A stretch of DNA of 64,000 bases from the human T2T-CHM13v2.0 reference genome, Homo sapiens. Positions 30,025 through 42,233 of the stretch are shown piece by piece (within the stretch, counting starts at the first letter, position 1; the number at the start of each line of letters is the position of its first letter). The stretch lies in the NCBI RefSeq assembly GCF_009914755.1, contig NC_060927.1. One strand, given 5' to 3'. Position numbers and translations under genes: made by a program. The notes beneath the pieces were generated by a model. That model was not told the DNA's origin and did not search any database. It worked only from the letters and a program-made list of their open reading frames with translations.

Positions 30025-30334
30025 CCCTGAACTTGGCAATTTGGAGCATATTTACTCAGGGTTCTGTCTGGTAGAATTTGGTATGCTTTCTTACTTTTGT
30101 CTTTGAGCTTTCTAGTATTGTTTGATTTGTTTTTCAAAAACATAGTTCTTTAGGTAAAATAAAGTCATTGTTTTAAAATATTAAAAGGATTACACTAGAT
30201 GATTAGCAATTCCCTTCCACCTTCATTTTGTTATACTCAGTGTGCTGTCTATTATATATTCTGATGCTGAGCCTCAGACTCAGCCTTGGTATTTGTCCCA
30301 CTGTGGTGATTTGGTTTGTTGTCTCTGAAATCTA

Positions 30335-30505
30335 GTTGCCTGCCTGTAAATTCTAGCCCTGCTCCTTACACTGTGGGTAAGTAACTTAAACCCTCTAACC
30401 CTTATTTTCATCAAATGGGGAAAGATAACACCTAACTTATAAGGAAGTTTTGAAAATTTAACGAGCTAATAATCTAGAGAAAGTGTTGAACATAAATGTC
30501 TGACA
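30335..30505 (+). mobile_element. MIR
   Basis: gggtaagtaacttaaaccctctaacccttattttcatcaaatggggaaagataacacctaacttataagg. Confidence 0.75.
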
Positions 30506-30584
30506 AATCTTAAATTTTCAACATTCTAAGTTCTTACCATTATACTGCATCCAGGATGCTGGGTAGTGACACTTGTTCTCTTTC

Positions 30585-30702
30585 CCATATTAGACCATAA
30601 AATTATCAAGGGCAGTGCCAGGCCTTATTGTCTGTCTTATGCCCTGGATCTAACATAGTACTGGAACCTCTCAAGAGTTCAATATATCCTATAAAATAGA
30701 AT
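30585..30702 (+). mobile_element. L2 3' end
   Basis: ttagaccataaaattatcaagggcag...tctaacatagtactggaac...ttcaatatat. Confidence 0.55.
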
Positions 30703-31949
30703 CACTCAGAGACTAAATGAGTACTTTCAGAATTAAACATGTAATCACAGAAATATAAAATTTGGTAGACAGGGTGGCATATAGATCTAAGAACATTTCC
30801 TAAGACATGGGGGAGAAAAAACCAAAAATATGAAAGAATGATCAGTGACATGGAGATTATAGTGCAAATGTTGAGAGGCTGTCCCAGGCCTGGCATGTTG
30901 GAGAAAGGACAAGGTGACCAGCATAAGCATGGTGCATGAGGGTAACAGAAAGAAGCAAGGTAGAGAGCTAACAAGTGGCTACCTCCAATGGTGTAGATCG
31001 ACAAAGTTTCTCTCATGCTACGTAGTACACTTTAGGTTATATCTCTCTAGGTTATATCTCTTCTAGTAACTTTAGATTATATCTCTTCTATAAATAGAAG
31101 TGTATTATTTTATTCAAAGTTTATTTACTAATTATAATTAGGTATGTAACATTATAAAAATAGATAGTAGGGTATTCAAAGCAAAACAACAAACACTAAA
31201 GAAGATAGCAAAATAAAACTAGTTCCCTACCTTTCAAGACAGAGTCTATAAATGTGTGTAAAATAATAAATCGAGAAAAATAGGTTATTAGATTATTAGA
31301 TTCATGGTGTTAACTGAAGAACTAATAAAGTTAAAAGTGTTTAAGTCTAGAGAGTTAAAGTGAGGATAGTGAAGAATACTATTGCACTTCATTTAATACT
31401 GTTCTTTAGTGTTTGAAATGGTTTATCAAATGCATGTATAATTTTATAATAAAAATTTTTTAGGACAAATAAATGAGTTGAGCCTGGGTAACAGAGTTAA
31501 TGGCATGTTTTGGCTCTCAACCTCTGTTCCTCAGAGTTCTGGTTCAGGTACATCAAAGGCAGTTCCAAGAGTTCAAGGTTGCTGAGAAATCAGGCATTGT
31601 GCTTGCTACCCGACTTTACTAGAGCAGTTTGGGGCTTTTTATTATTGTTATTTTATTTTTTTAGGAGAATTGTCATATTAGATTTCATTTGAACAAAATA
31701 TCTTGTTTATATTTTCTCTCTTTCTTTTTCCTCCTTCCCTTCTTTCCTTCCCTTTTTGAAAACCACTGCCAAAGTGAAAAGTACATATATTTTGGATCCA
31801 GACAGGCTTATATTTTTTCCTGTGACTTGTTAGTTGTGTGATCTTAATGTAATCCTGAACCTCTCATCAACTAAGTTCTCATGTACAGAATGAGAACATA
31901 TTGATATTATAGAACTGTTTAAAATAGAATATAATTCATATTAATAACT

Positions 31950-32300
31950 CAAAGAAGAAAAACTTACAATCATCTCCATAGGTGCCAAAAAATACGATTA
32001 AAAAATTTAGCGTCCATTCTTGATGATAATTTCTTAGTAAAATAAGAATAGATGAATACTTTTGTTTTACAGGATAGAAATATATTTCAAGCATAAGCTT
32101 AATGGTGAAATGTAAGGACATTCCATCTACTATTATTATTTAAAATTTTCTAGAATTAATGGCAAATGCAATTTAAAAATGAAAATAAATAAGAAGTTAA
32201 AATTTTATAAATAATTTGAAAAAATGTAAAATTTACAAATATGATGGTATACTTAAAAAACTTCAGAAAATAAAATGAAAAAATTAGAAAAATAGGAGAC
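31950..32300 (+). mobile_element. Ancient L1M ORF2 fragment
   Basis: caatcatctccataggtgccaaaaa is the decayed IISIDAEK region, followed by ttaatggtgaaa and gcaaatgcaat. Confidence 0.55.
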
Positions 32301-34116
32301 TTTCATACTTTTCTTCTGATTGAAATACATATGCTTAAGTTTCAGAACATTGTTTCTCCTGAATGTTCATTTATACCATTCATCCTACTAACAATGTAAT
32401 TACAACTCTGATTTAGAATTGGATTTTATGTAAAATAAGAGGATTTCTAGCTCTGGTACATGAAAAAGAGAGAAAAGAAGCTCAGGAAATAGTTACGGAA
32501 GTAGTTTAAAAAAAAAAAAGGATCCAGCAAAAGAGAGAAGGAACAATCAGAATAGTGGAGAGAAATTCACAGAATTTAGGGTTACAGAAATCTCGATGGT
32601 AGTTTGAAGACAGCATGATCAATAGAGAAAAATAGTGTGAACAAGGCAAACTTAAGAAAGACTGGAGGGAGGATTGTATGTGATATTGAAAAGGTTGATG
32701 GTCATGTTTGGCACAGTAATCTCAGTAGAGTGAAGAGGCTGAAATAAGACTGAAATAAGTTATATCCTAGGGAAGTTGATATCAAAAGAAAGAGCTGGCA
32801 TCTTAAAGAGGCAAGGCCAATTTGTTATGACTATTATGACTATTTTTTTTTTACACTAGAAGTTTTTGCAAGCAGAAAGTTGGAGGAGAGTCTTCAGATG
32901 TTACAATATCTTGGAGAAAATGAAGTAAAAGCTATTAAGAGTAAAAATAGAGAAGTTAGTCTTGGTAACCATTGAGAACAATTCTCTCAAAGACTGGCAG
33001 CAAGAAGGTGAGAAAGCAGAGATATAAAACTGAAATTTTTTGAAGTAGGGGACCATAGTAAGCGGATTACTGTCTTCAACAGGAGAAAAGGTAGAGGACA
33101 TTGGCAGCAGCCACAGGGTTACATATTTAAGGAAAGTGGAGGAAATTTGGTAGACTTTTGCAAGTGACATCATAGAATAACAAATTAAGAAGGATTAAAA
33201 AATTTTGAACAGATACAGACCCAGTAGGTGCTAAAAAGTAATGCAATAATATAAAAGAAGCCTGATGAACTCTGAAAAAGTTACTCAAATCAGCTGCTCA
33301 CTCGACATTAAAAGTTACTCAAGACAATTAACCTGTCCCTTTTTGTCCAACCACCTTCATTTGGACATCAGAAATTATGCCACAAATCATCATTGGCAAA
33401 CTTACCTCAATTTTTCAGCCAGTTTTAATTTAGTCAAAATAAAGTCAGAAAACTTTTACTACTTAAAAATCATTTTCATTATCTCTCTTGGAAATTCTTG
33501 TTTCAACCTCATGCATTTGGAATATGTATAAAACATATGTTGACTGAAATACATGTGCTTAAGCTGTAGAATGTTTTTTCTTCATTAATGTTTATTTACA
33601 CTGCATTTTTTACAAAAAATGTAATTTTCATTCAACCATTTAAATTTGTGTTTTACAAAAAAGTCTCTTCATTTTGAAAATGTCATTGTATGTGACTCCT
33701 TTCAGTCTGATTTTGTTCCAAGAACCCTCTAGCGTAAAATGAGAGTTTAAAATTTGGGGCACTTGGATTATCTTGAGGACTATGCACAAATATGAGATTC
33801 CTTTATGGTCTTGTACACATTTTATTTTTATGTAGAACTCAACATATTTTAGCTTAATTTTTCATATTGCATTGATCGTAAAAAGAGCAATCTTCCACTT
33901 GCCTCTGGACAGACTCTACTCATTGTGTACTGAGTTAGTTCTGAGTTCTTTGTGAAAATGTAGTAATAGTAAAGAAAGATCCACATATATATTCTGATTC
34001 TATCACTAACTGGGTGACCTGAAATGAGTTATTTAACTCTCTAGATCTCATTTCTTATTTTTCCCAGCCCAAAACAACTTTTCCTTTTCTCTCAGAATTT
34101 CTTACTACAGGAGGCC

Positions 34117-34597
34117 TTTATTAGTATTTCGTGCTCCTGTAACAAATTACCACAAACAACACAATATTACTATCTTATCGTTCTGGAGATCAAAATCTGA
34201 AATGGGTCTCACTGGGCTAATATAAAGTTATCAGCAGAGCTGCACTTCTGTAGGTTCTAGGAGTGGATCTGCTTGTTTTTGTGCCTTTTCCAGCTTCTAG
34301 AGGTTGCCCTGCTCCTTGCCTATAGCCCTCTTCCATCTAGAAGGCCATCAATTGCATCACTCTGACCTTTACTTCTTCTCTGACTCTGAACCTTTGCCTC
34401 CCTCTTTTACTTATAAGGACCTTTGCAATGACACTGGGCTCACCTGGATAATCTCAGGTGACCCTGTGTTTCAACATTCTTAATTTAATCACATTTATAG
34501 AATTCATTTTGGTATGTAAGGCAATATATACACAGAGTACAGAGATTAAGACATGGACATCTTTGGTGGGATGTGGAGGATTATTCTACCCATCACA
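34117..34597 (-). mobile_element. MLT1D (MaLR) solo LTR
   Basis: tgtaacaaattaccacaaac...gaaatgggtctcactgggctaa...ttccagcttctagagg...attattctacccatcaca, with a perfect 5-bp TSD AGGCC at 34112-34116 and 34598-34602. Confidence 0.93.
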
Positions 34598-35036
34598 AGG
34601 CCAGCAAGAATATTCTTAATAAATGTCCATCTCCCCACCTCACCACCTCCAGGAAAGAATATCACTTTTGTGAAAAATCTTTACATAGGTGTTTAATTTC
34701 AGAGTTTATTTGTGTAATGAATTATCTCCTTAAAAATGCTAAAATGTAAGGGTTTTATTAGTATGCTTGAATGCTAATTAACAGGGACACTTGCTCTTAT
34801 TTCATTTGACTTTCATAGGCTTTGTCCATCAATAACTACACTGTGGAATTGATGATTCTTTCCCACTGCAACATCTTACTTTTATTACCTATGTATGGCT
34901 TCATGTTAACCAAAAGGTTAGATGCTACAATTACTTATGCTAATCTCAATTTGCATTTATGCTGTAGACAGTACAATAAAGCTGTAGCAATTGATTACAC
35001 ATCACTGACAGCAGAAGGAACATACAGTTTCATCAA

Positions 35037-35052
35037 TGGAAAAACTGAGTCA
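35037..35052 (+). promoter_or_regulatory. NFAT:AP-1 composite motif
   Basis: TGGAAAAACTGAGTCA has the same spacing as the IL2 ARRE-2 element (GGAAAAACTGTTTCA) but with a consensus AP-1 half. Motif match only. Confidence 0.4.
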
Positions 35053-36892
35053 TGTTACAGCTCAGTAGTTGTGTGCAGCCTCATGAGAATGACAATCAAA
35101 ACCAAGTCGTAATGATATGAATATTTATTGGGTACCTCATCCTGGTTGGGTAATTTTAATAATCTGTAAAAAAAAAAGTGTAAAGGCAAGCATTTCTGTT
35201 TTTATTGAATACTCCTTTTTAATTACAGTGTATTCATATTGGAGTTTAAAATACTTTTATATTGGTTTTCTTGTTTTGGGGTTTTATTATTGTATTTGAT
35301 TTCATCCTAAGAATGTGTAAATATCAAATTTAAATATCTACATTTGTAAACACACTTTTGCGTCTGACTCAGGTTTATTGTTGTCTTTATTGAATACTGT
35401 TTTGGTAAATTAGGTGGAGGAATTGTTAGAAATGACATAAAGCAATAAAAATGATGTCTTAAACAGTTAAAATAAACCTTTGTAAAATTTCTTTGTCAAA
35501 ATGTCTAAGGTTTTGTAATAAATTACTGAAAGAATAGAAATAGAATGCGAAACTTTCGAACTGTTAGAGGGAAAGAAAAGTGAGGATAGAGAAAATACTC
35601 TTAGTTCAATAAAAGACCGGAAAGGAGGGGATAAAATCAGAGATGAAATATGCCAAATATATTTATTAAGCAAATATTTAATGGATATCTGCTATAGATC
35701 CCTGAGAATGTTATCCAAACAAATTGATAAGCTCAATAAGTGTAAATAGATTTAAATCTTCTATTAAATGTCAGAGACTTTCAGGTTGGATGCATTGCTT
35801 TCTAAACTCTAGATATATGGAAGTAACATATCTAAATAAAAACAAGCAGAAAGACTTGTAGTGAAGAAATGGAAAAAGATGTGTAATATGAAAGTACTTC
35901 ACGTAAGAGCATACACTTGAAATATGTAAAGTCTAAGATAGAGAATTACAAGGTAAGTCCAACAAATGCAAAATCATACGGAGTGCTTTTTATTGTTACA
36001 CATTGTCACAAATCAATAGATCGGTCATAACTAAGTTTAGTAAGGTTTTTAAAAATGCCAATATATAAATTAAATTTTAAAAATTAAAAGTTACCTTAAT
36101 AATTCATAGCATAAGGTGTTTCACTTTTGTTTTCAGTTTTCACTAACTAGATTGTCAGATCATCTCATCAATCTATTCAGTTATACGGCAAAATTTTAAC
36201 AGAACCTTCTTCTGATTCTGAAATCAAAATCCTGTGTTGATCTGGCTAACAAGCCTTAACAGACCTGCCTTCTGCTTCTCCTTTTCCCTTGCTTTATCAG
36301 TAAAAAATTATCAAAGAGGATTAAAATACAGCCCTCAGGGAAGGAGGAAACAGGAGAGAAAGTATTTGCTTTCCAAAGGATCTCTGTGAGTAAGTAAAGG
36401 AAACCACAGTATTCTAATTCTGTAGGAGATAGATACTCTCTGTATTTTTTTAAACACACTCAGATTGCCCAAATGAATGAGGAAATACATAAAAGTTTTG
36501 AATCCCACAACTATGTATTCTAGTTTCCAAAAGGAAAATCATAAAATGTGGGCATTCTAAATTTAGTTTGGTAAATAATCTAAAAGAAAAAATCTTGTTA
36601 ATAATAAAAAATGAGATGCAATATGAAAAAGTTATGTTATTCAGAACAATTTGGTTGTTTAAACTGGGCTACCTTATTTTGTTCTGGAGCTTGCTAGTAA
36701 TGTGGTACTATGTCATTTGGATTTCTTTTGGTTGAACCATAGATTGGATATTAAAACATAAGGAATGCCTACAACAGCCAGTTATGTCATATCTTTTCAA
36801 CTCAGAGATGTTCTTTTTAAAGTATGATAACTAGGGAATACAATCAGCTGTATCCACGATGAAATGAAATGACAGCCTAATGTTCAGCATAC

Positions 36893-37025
36893 TTTTGTAT
36901 TTTTAGTAGAGACAGGGGTTTCTCCATGTTAGTCAGGCTGGTCTTGAACTCCCAACCTCAGGTGATCCGCCCACCTCGGGCTCTCAAAGTGCTGGGATTA
37001 CAGGCATGAGCCACTGTGCCCAGCC
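36893..37025 (-). mobile_element. Alu left arm only, with AluSp diagnostics
   Basis: ttttgtatttttagtagaga...tttctccatgttagtcaggctgg...cccaacctcaggtgatcc...cccagcc. The right arm is absent. Confidence 0.93.
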
Positions 37026-37685
37026 TGTTTAATATTCTTTATTCCTATTTGTTATTCCTATCCTCTATTACTATATTTTTAAAACTCAAAAATACTTTGC
37101 TTACAGTTTAATTAATTTTTATCTTAGTTGCCTTGAGTCTGTAGCTTTATTACAAATGATTACATAGTTGACATAAAATAAATGTTAACCCCTTAGCTCA
37201 AAAGAGGTGGAGAAAGGATGGGATAAAATAAAACATAATACTACTTTCATCATGATGAGCCAGTAAGTTATTTTGTTTAAAAATCTCATCTTAATGTGGC
37301 TTAATAAATTTGTTCAAATAAGTTTAGATATTTCAACTTTAGCTAGCTGGACTAACATTTCCTTACCAAGTAAATATGGAAAACTAAGAGTCACCACCTC
37401 AACTTTAGTTGAAAATGTCATGCAACTTAATTTTACCATTAAAAAATCAACTTTATACTTGCAGATTGGTATTCAAAACTGAAAGTATAATCTACTAAAA
37501 TTATTTTTCTTTTTAAACCATGTAAGCTTAAATAAAATAACCCATATTACGTTAGTGACTTCTTAAAATCCTTCTTTCTTTCTTTTAATTTTTTTCAATC
37601 TGGCTCATCACTGACAGATTAAAATTTTTCTTATTTTCTTTTTTTTTTTTTGCTGTGAAAGTCTTTTAAAATATTACTGAAATAA

Positions 37686-38030
37686 GGCTGGATGCAGTGG
37701 TCTGCACCTGTAATCTCAGCACATTGGGAGACTGAGATGGGAGAATTGCTTGAGGCCAGGAATTCAAGACTAGCTTGGGCAGCATAGTGAGAACCCATCT
37801 CTATGAAAAATGAAAAAATTAGCCAGGTGTGTGAAAAAATTGGCATGTGACTATAGTGCCAGCTACTTGGGAGGCTTAGGTGAGAGGATCACTGGAAACT
37901 AGGAGTTTGAAGCTCCAGTGAGCTTCCCAGACTGGTGAACAATGATCTGGGTGTTCCCAGACTCTAACACCCAGACTGGTGTGCAATGATCACCCACTGC
38001 ACACCAGTCTGGGTGTTAGAGTGAGACTTT
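37686..38030 (+). mobile_element. AluJ with a 61-bp templated insertion in the right arm
   Basis: J-type sequence attgcttgaggccaggaattcaagac and gagaggatcactggaaactaggagtttgaagct. The insert lies at 37925-37985. Confidence 0.93.
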
Positions 38031-38158
38031 CTCTCTCTCACTGTCTCTCTCTCTTTCTTTCTCTCCCTCTCTCTCTGTGTATGTGTGTGTGTGTGTGTGT
38101 ATGTATATAGGTTTATAGATATATAAAGATATAAGATATATATAGATGTAGATATATC
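38030..38158. repeat. Compound microsatellite (CT)n(TG)n(TA/GATA)n in place of the Alu tail
   Basis: Read directly from the sequence. Confidence 0.92.
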
Positions 38159-38979
38159 CTAGTAAGTTTCTGGGATTACATATACCTTATGGACTGGAAC
38201 TGGAATTACATTTTCTGTTTTATGTACAATAAATAAAACTTAAAAACTTATGTAGAATAATCATACAGTGTAAATTTATAATAAATGTTCTCAATCCTTG
38301 ATGTGGCTTGAAAGAAAATAGCATTGTGGTAGACAATGACACAACTGAACTGACAATTAAGTCAGTACTTGGGCTGCAATAAATAGAATTTACATCCCTG
38401 GAATGAAGAAAGTAATAACCTGACTGAATGCCTATGTTATTGTGTTCACTGCTGGTTCTCATTAAAAGGAATGTAGTATCAGTCTGGTGGTGAGACAACA
38501 GGATGGAAAAGATTCTAAGAATCAGAGCATGTGAGAAACCATTAGAAGAAAAGAAAAATGGAGGACTCTAGGATTATATGATAACAATCTTTAATAATTT
38601 ACCAAATAAAAGGGATTTTTACATTTTTCTGTGTAGGACAGACAACATGTGTAGAACCAAAGTGTGAGATTACTTGTAAGTAAAATTGAATGCAATAAGA
38701 AACAATTCAAGCTACATAAAGTTGGAATGAGGTTGTGCTTTCCCTCTAGGGAAGCCTGAATAATCATTCATGAGAGGTATTTATAAAGAATTTTGGTACA
38801 GTTGAAAATCTGGGTTAGATAACTTCTAATGCTTTTTTCAAACTCTAAATTCTATTTCTCTGTATTTAAAGATAAAAAGCAGCAGAAATTTCCTACCCAA
38901 ACTCATCCTAGACATGCAAAGCATTTCCCTCTGATTAATTGTATTCTAGTAATAATAATAACAATGAAGATATATTGTT

Positions 38980-39124
38980 ATGATTTCCATTTTAGAGATG
39001 GGTAAACTGAGGTAAAGTGAAGTTCAGCAACTTACCCAGTCACAGAATTAATGAGTCATGGAACTGGTATTTTTAACCTACATAGATTTGACCCCTGAGA
39101 CTGAACTCTTAATGCATACACTAT
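38980..39124 (-). mobile_element. MIR
   Basis: ccattttagagatgggtaaactgagg...caacttacccagtcacag...ctcttaatgcatacac. Confidence 0.8.
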
Positions 39125-39233
39125 TGCTCACTTATTTTTCAAAAAAGGTTGAATTACCAATGTGATCTCCAATCCGTGGAGAATCCTTTTATTTGAGAAA
39201 GGAAATTATGGAATAGGTGTCTTGAGATTTCTT

Positions 39234-39526
39234 TCTTTTTTTTTGAGATGGAGTCTTGCTCTGTTGCCCAGGCTGGAGTGCAGTGGAGCTATCTCGCTCA
39301 CTGCAAGCTCCGCTTCCCAGGTTCACGCCTTTGTCCTGCCTCATACTCCGGAGTGGCTGGGACTACAGGCGTCCACCACCATGCTCGGCTAATTTTTTTT
39401 GTATTTTTAGTAGAGACGTGGTTTCACCGTGTTAGCCAGGATAGTCTCAATCTCCTGACCTCGTGATCTGCCAACCTTGGCCTCCCAAAGTGCTGGGACT
39501 ACAGGCATGAGCCACCATGCCCAGCC
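39234..39526 (-). mobile_element. AluY-type, diverged
   Basis: gcaagctccg and caccgtgttagccaggat diagnostics. Perfect TSD GAGATTTCTT at 39224-39233 and 39527-39536. Confidence 0.95.
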
Positions 39527-41151
39527 GAGATTTCTTATGTCATAATTATGGAGGATAGAGTAACAATAGTGAAATCAACAGTAATTAGCTATAGAACTGA
39601 AAATGGCAGATAGGTGACAAGACTAATATGCAGCTTCCACTTGGGCAGAAAGAACAGCATGTGGAGACTCACATTGTGAACTTTTGCTCCGAGAACTACT
39701 GCAGGAACATACCAAAAATGATAGTAATAATAATAATAATTCACAGATCCTTTGAAATAAGCAGCTTGCCTCTGCCAACTCTGCAAGACAGCTGAAAAAC
39801 TGTGAGTTCCCAAAGTGTGAAGTGGGGAAAAAGGCTGCCTCTGAGAGCACATCCCCACTGGGGAACGTGAAAATCCAGATCATGGGAAAAGGATTTAACC
39901 TTACCTAGATCTGAAGTGGATTTAGGGAGCCGAGCAACACATAAAGGTAGAATAAGCAATGGGAAGAGCCCTGTAGGCACTCCAGGTCCCTAGCTCAAGC
40001 CCAGGGAAGTCATTCCTGGCCTTATCTCACAGAGGTCCTTGAGGAAGGCAACCAGCAGAATTGAGGAGGGACCACAGCATGAAGGAAGCTCCTAGCTGAA
40101 CTTCGTAATAATTTCAATTGATTATGAATTTTTCTGAGCAGAATCTTGGAGGGGTGTAGGGGTGGGAATGGGAAGTAGAGATATGAGCACAGAAGCAGCA
40201 CCTGAAGGTGTGGGCAGGCAAGGAGGGGCAAGGTCTGAGAACCCTGCTTACTTTCTCAGTGGGGAGGCATGTGGCTTGGGGCAAGATCTCATCCCTACTC
40301 ACTAGCTGCCTGGATATAAACTTGGTGCTGTTGTTGGAGCATGATGGGAGTGAGGCTGGCCTTGCTGACTACATTCAAGCTGGGTGAGCCTTGTCACTGC
40401 TTTGGCAACCTGCGTGATACAGCAGAGGCAGTTATAATCCCTTTTGAAACGTAACTCTATTGGCCTGGGAACCACCCACTACCTGCCACAGTGGCCACAG
40501 CAAGCCATGCTCAAGGACAGTGTGAGCTCAGACCTGCCTCAACCCGCCCTCACCTGGTGGTTTTTCTTGACCCACCCTGGTAGCCAAAGACAAAAGACAT
40601 AAACTCCTGGGAGCTCTATGCCCCCCTTGATCACCTGAGAAACCTGAGTATGTATCTCAAGCCATTACAGCAACTCATAACAGAACAATCCTGGTCCAAA
40701 GAAGGAGAAAACAACAGCTAATTCTGCCACCTGGAACACCTTGGCTAACCAGACTTTCTGAGTTTGTCCATGTGGTATCACCACTAGCATAACCAGTATT
40801 CAAAACCAGCATGCTAAACAAAACTACAACCAAGGACTCCCACAGAGTCCACTTCACTCCCCTGCCACCTCCACCAGAGCATGTGCTACTATCCATGGCT
40901 GGGAGACCTAAAGATGGATCACATCACAGGACTCTTTGCAGACATTCCTCAGTGCCAGCCTGAAGCCTGGTACCCCTGCTGGGTGGCTAGATGCAGAAGG
41001 GTGATAACAATCACTGCATTCTGGCTCTCAGGAAGTCCCATCCCTAGGGGAAGGGGGAGAGTACCAAATCAAGGGATCATCTCATAGGACAAAAAAAATC
41101 TGAACGGCAGCCCTTGAGTTCCAGATCTTTTCACTGAAACAGTCTACCTAA

Positions 41152-42181
41152 ATGAGAAGGAACCAGAAAAGTAATTCTGGTAATATGACAACACATGGTT
41201 CTATAACACCCCCCAAAAGATCACACTAGCTCTCTAGCAATGGATCCAAACCAAGAAGAAATCTCTGAATTGCTAGAAAAAATTCAGAAGGTTGAATATT
41301 AAGCTACTCAAGGAGGTACCAGAGAAAGGTGAAAAACAAAAGAAATTAAAAAAAAACTACAAGATATGGATGAAAAAGTCTCCAGAGAAATAGATAATAT
41401 AAATAAAAGACAATCACAACTTCTGAAAATGAAAAACACACTTAGAGAAATGCAAAATACACAGGAAAGTTTCAACAATAGAGTCAAACAAGTAGAAAAA
41501 AGAACTTCAGAGCTGGAAAATAAGGCATTTGAATTAATCCAATCTGACAAAGACAAAGAAAAAAGAGTTTTGAAAAATGAGCAAAGTCTTCAAGAAATTT
41601 GAGAATATGTTAAATGACCAAACATAAGAATAATTGGTGTTACTGAGGAAGAAGAGGAATCTAAAAGTTTGGAAAACTTACTTGAGGAAATAATTGAGGA
41701 AAACTTTCCCAGCCTTGTTAGAAATCTAGGCATCCAAATACAAGAAGCTCAAAGAACACTCAAGAAATCCATCACAGAAAGATCATCACCTAGGAACATA
41801 GTCATCAGTTTATCTAAAGTCAAGAGAAAGGAAAGAATCTTAAGAGCTGTGAGGCAAAACCATCAGGTAACTTATAAAGGAAAACCTATCAGGTTAACAA
41901 CAGATTTTTCAGCAGAAACCCTACAAGCCAGACGGGATTGGAGTCCTGTCTTTAGTCTCCTTAAACAAAATAATTATCATCCAAGAATTTCGTATCCAGC
42001 AAAACTAAGCTTCATAAATGAAGGAGAGATAAAGTCCTTTTTAGACAAACAAATGCTGACAGGATTCACCACTACCAAGTCAGCACTACAAAGAATGCTA
42101 AAAGGAGTTCTAATCTTTAAACAAAACCTTGAAGTACACCAAAATAGAACCTCCATAAATCTCACAGGGTCTATAAAATAA
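41152..42181 (+). pseudogene. L1PB ORF1, disrupted
   Basis: ATGAGAAGGAACCAGAAA start. Fragments 41366-41602 (KNEQSLQEI) and 41669-42181 (YKGKPIRLTTDFSAETLQARR...YPAKLSF). Confidence 0.92.
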
Positions 42182-42233
42182 TAACAAAACAAAACAAAAA
42201 CAACAACAAAGTATTCAGGCAACAACCAGCATT

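Noticed and set aside
31030-31090. Three short copies of TAG(G/A)TTATATCTC (similar small repeats at about 60770-60802)
   Set aside because: Ordinary slippage duplications with no spacer structure; not CRISPR-like.
22266-32174. 19-bp exact match TTAATGGCAAATGCAATTT at about 22266 and 32156
   Set aside because: It does not extend on either side, is AT-rich, and the second copy lies in an L1M relic, so it is plausibly chance.
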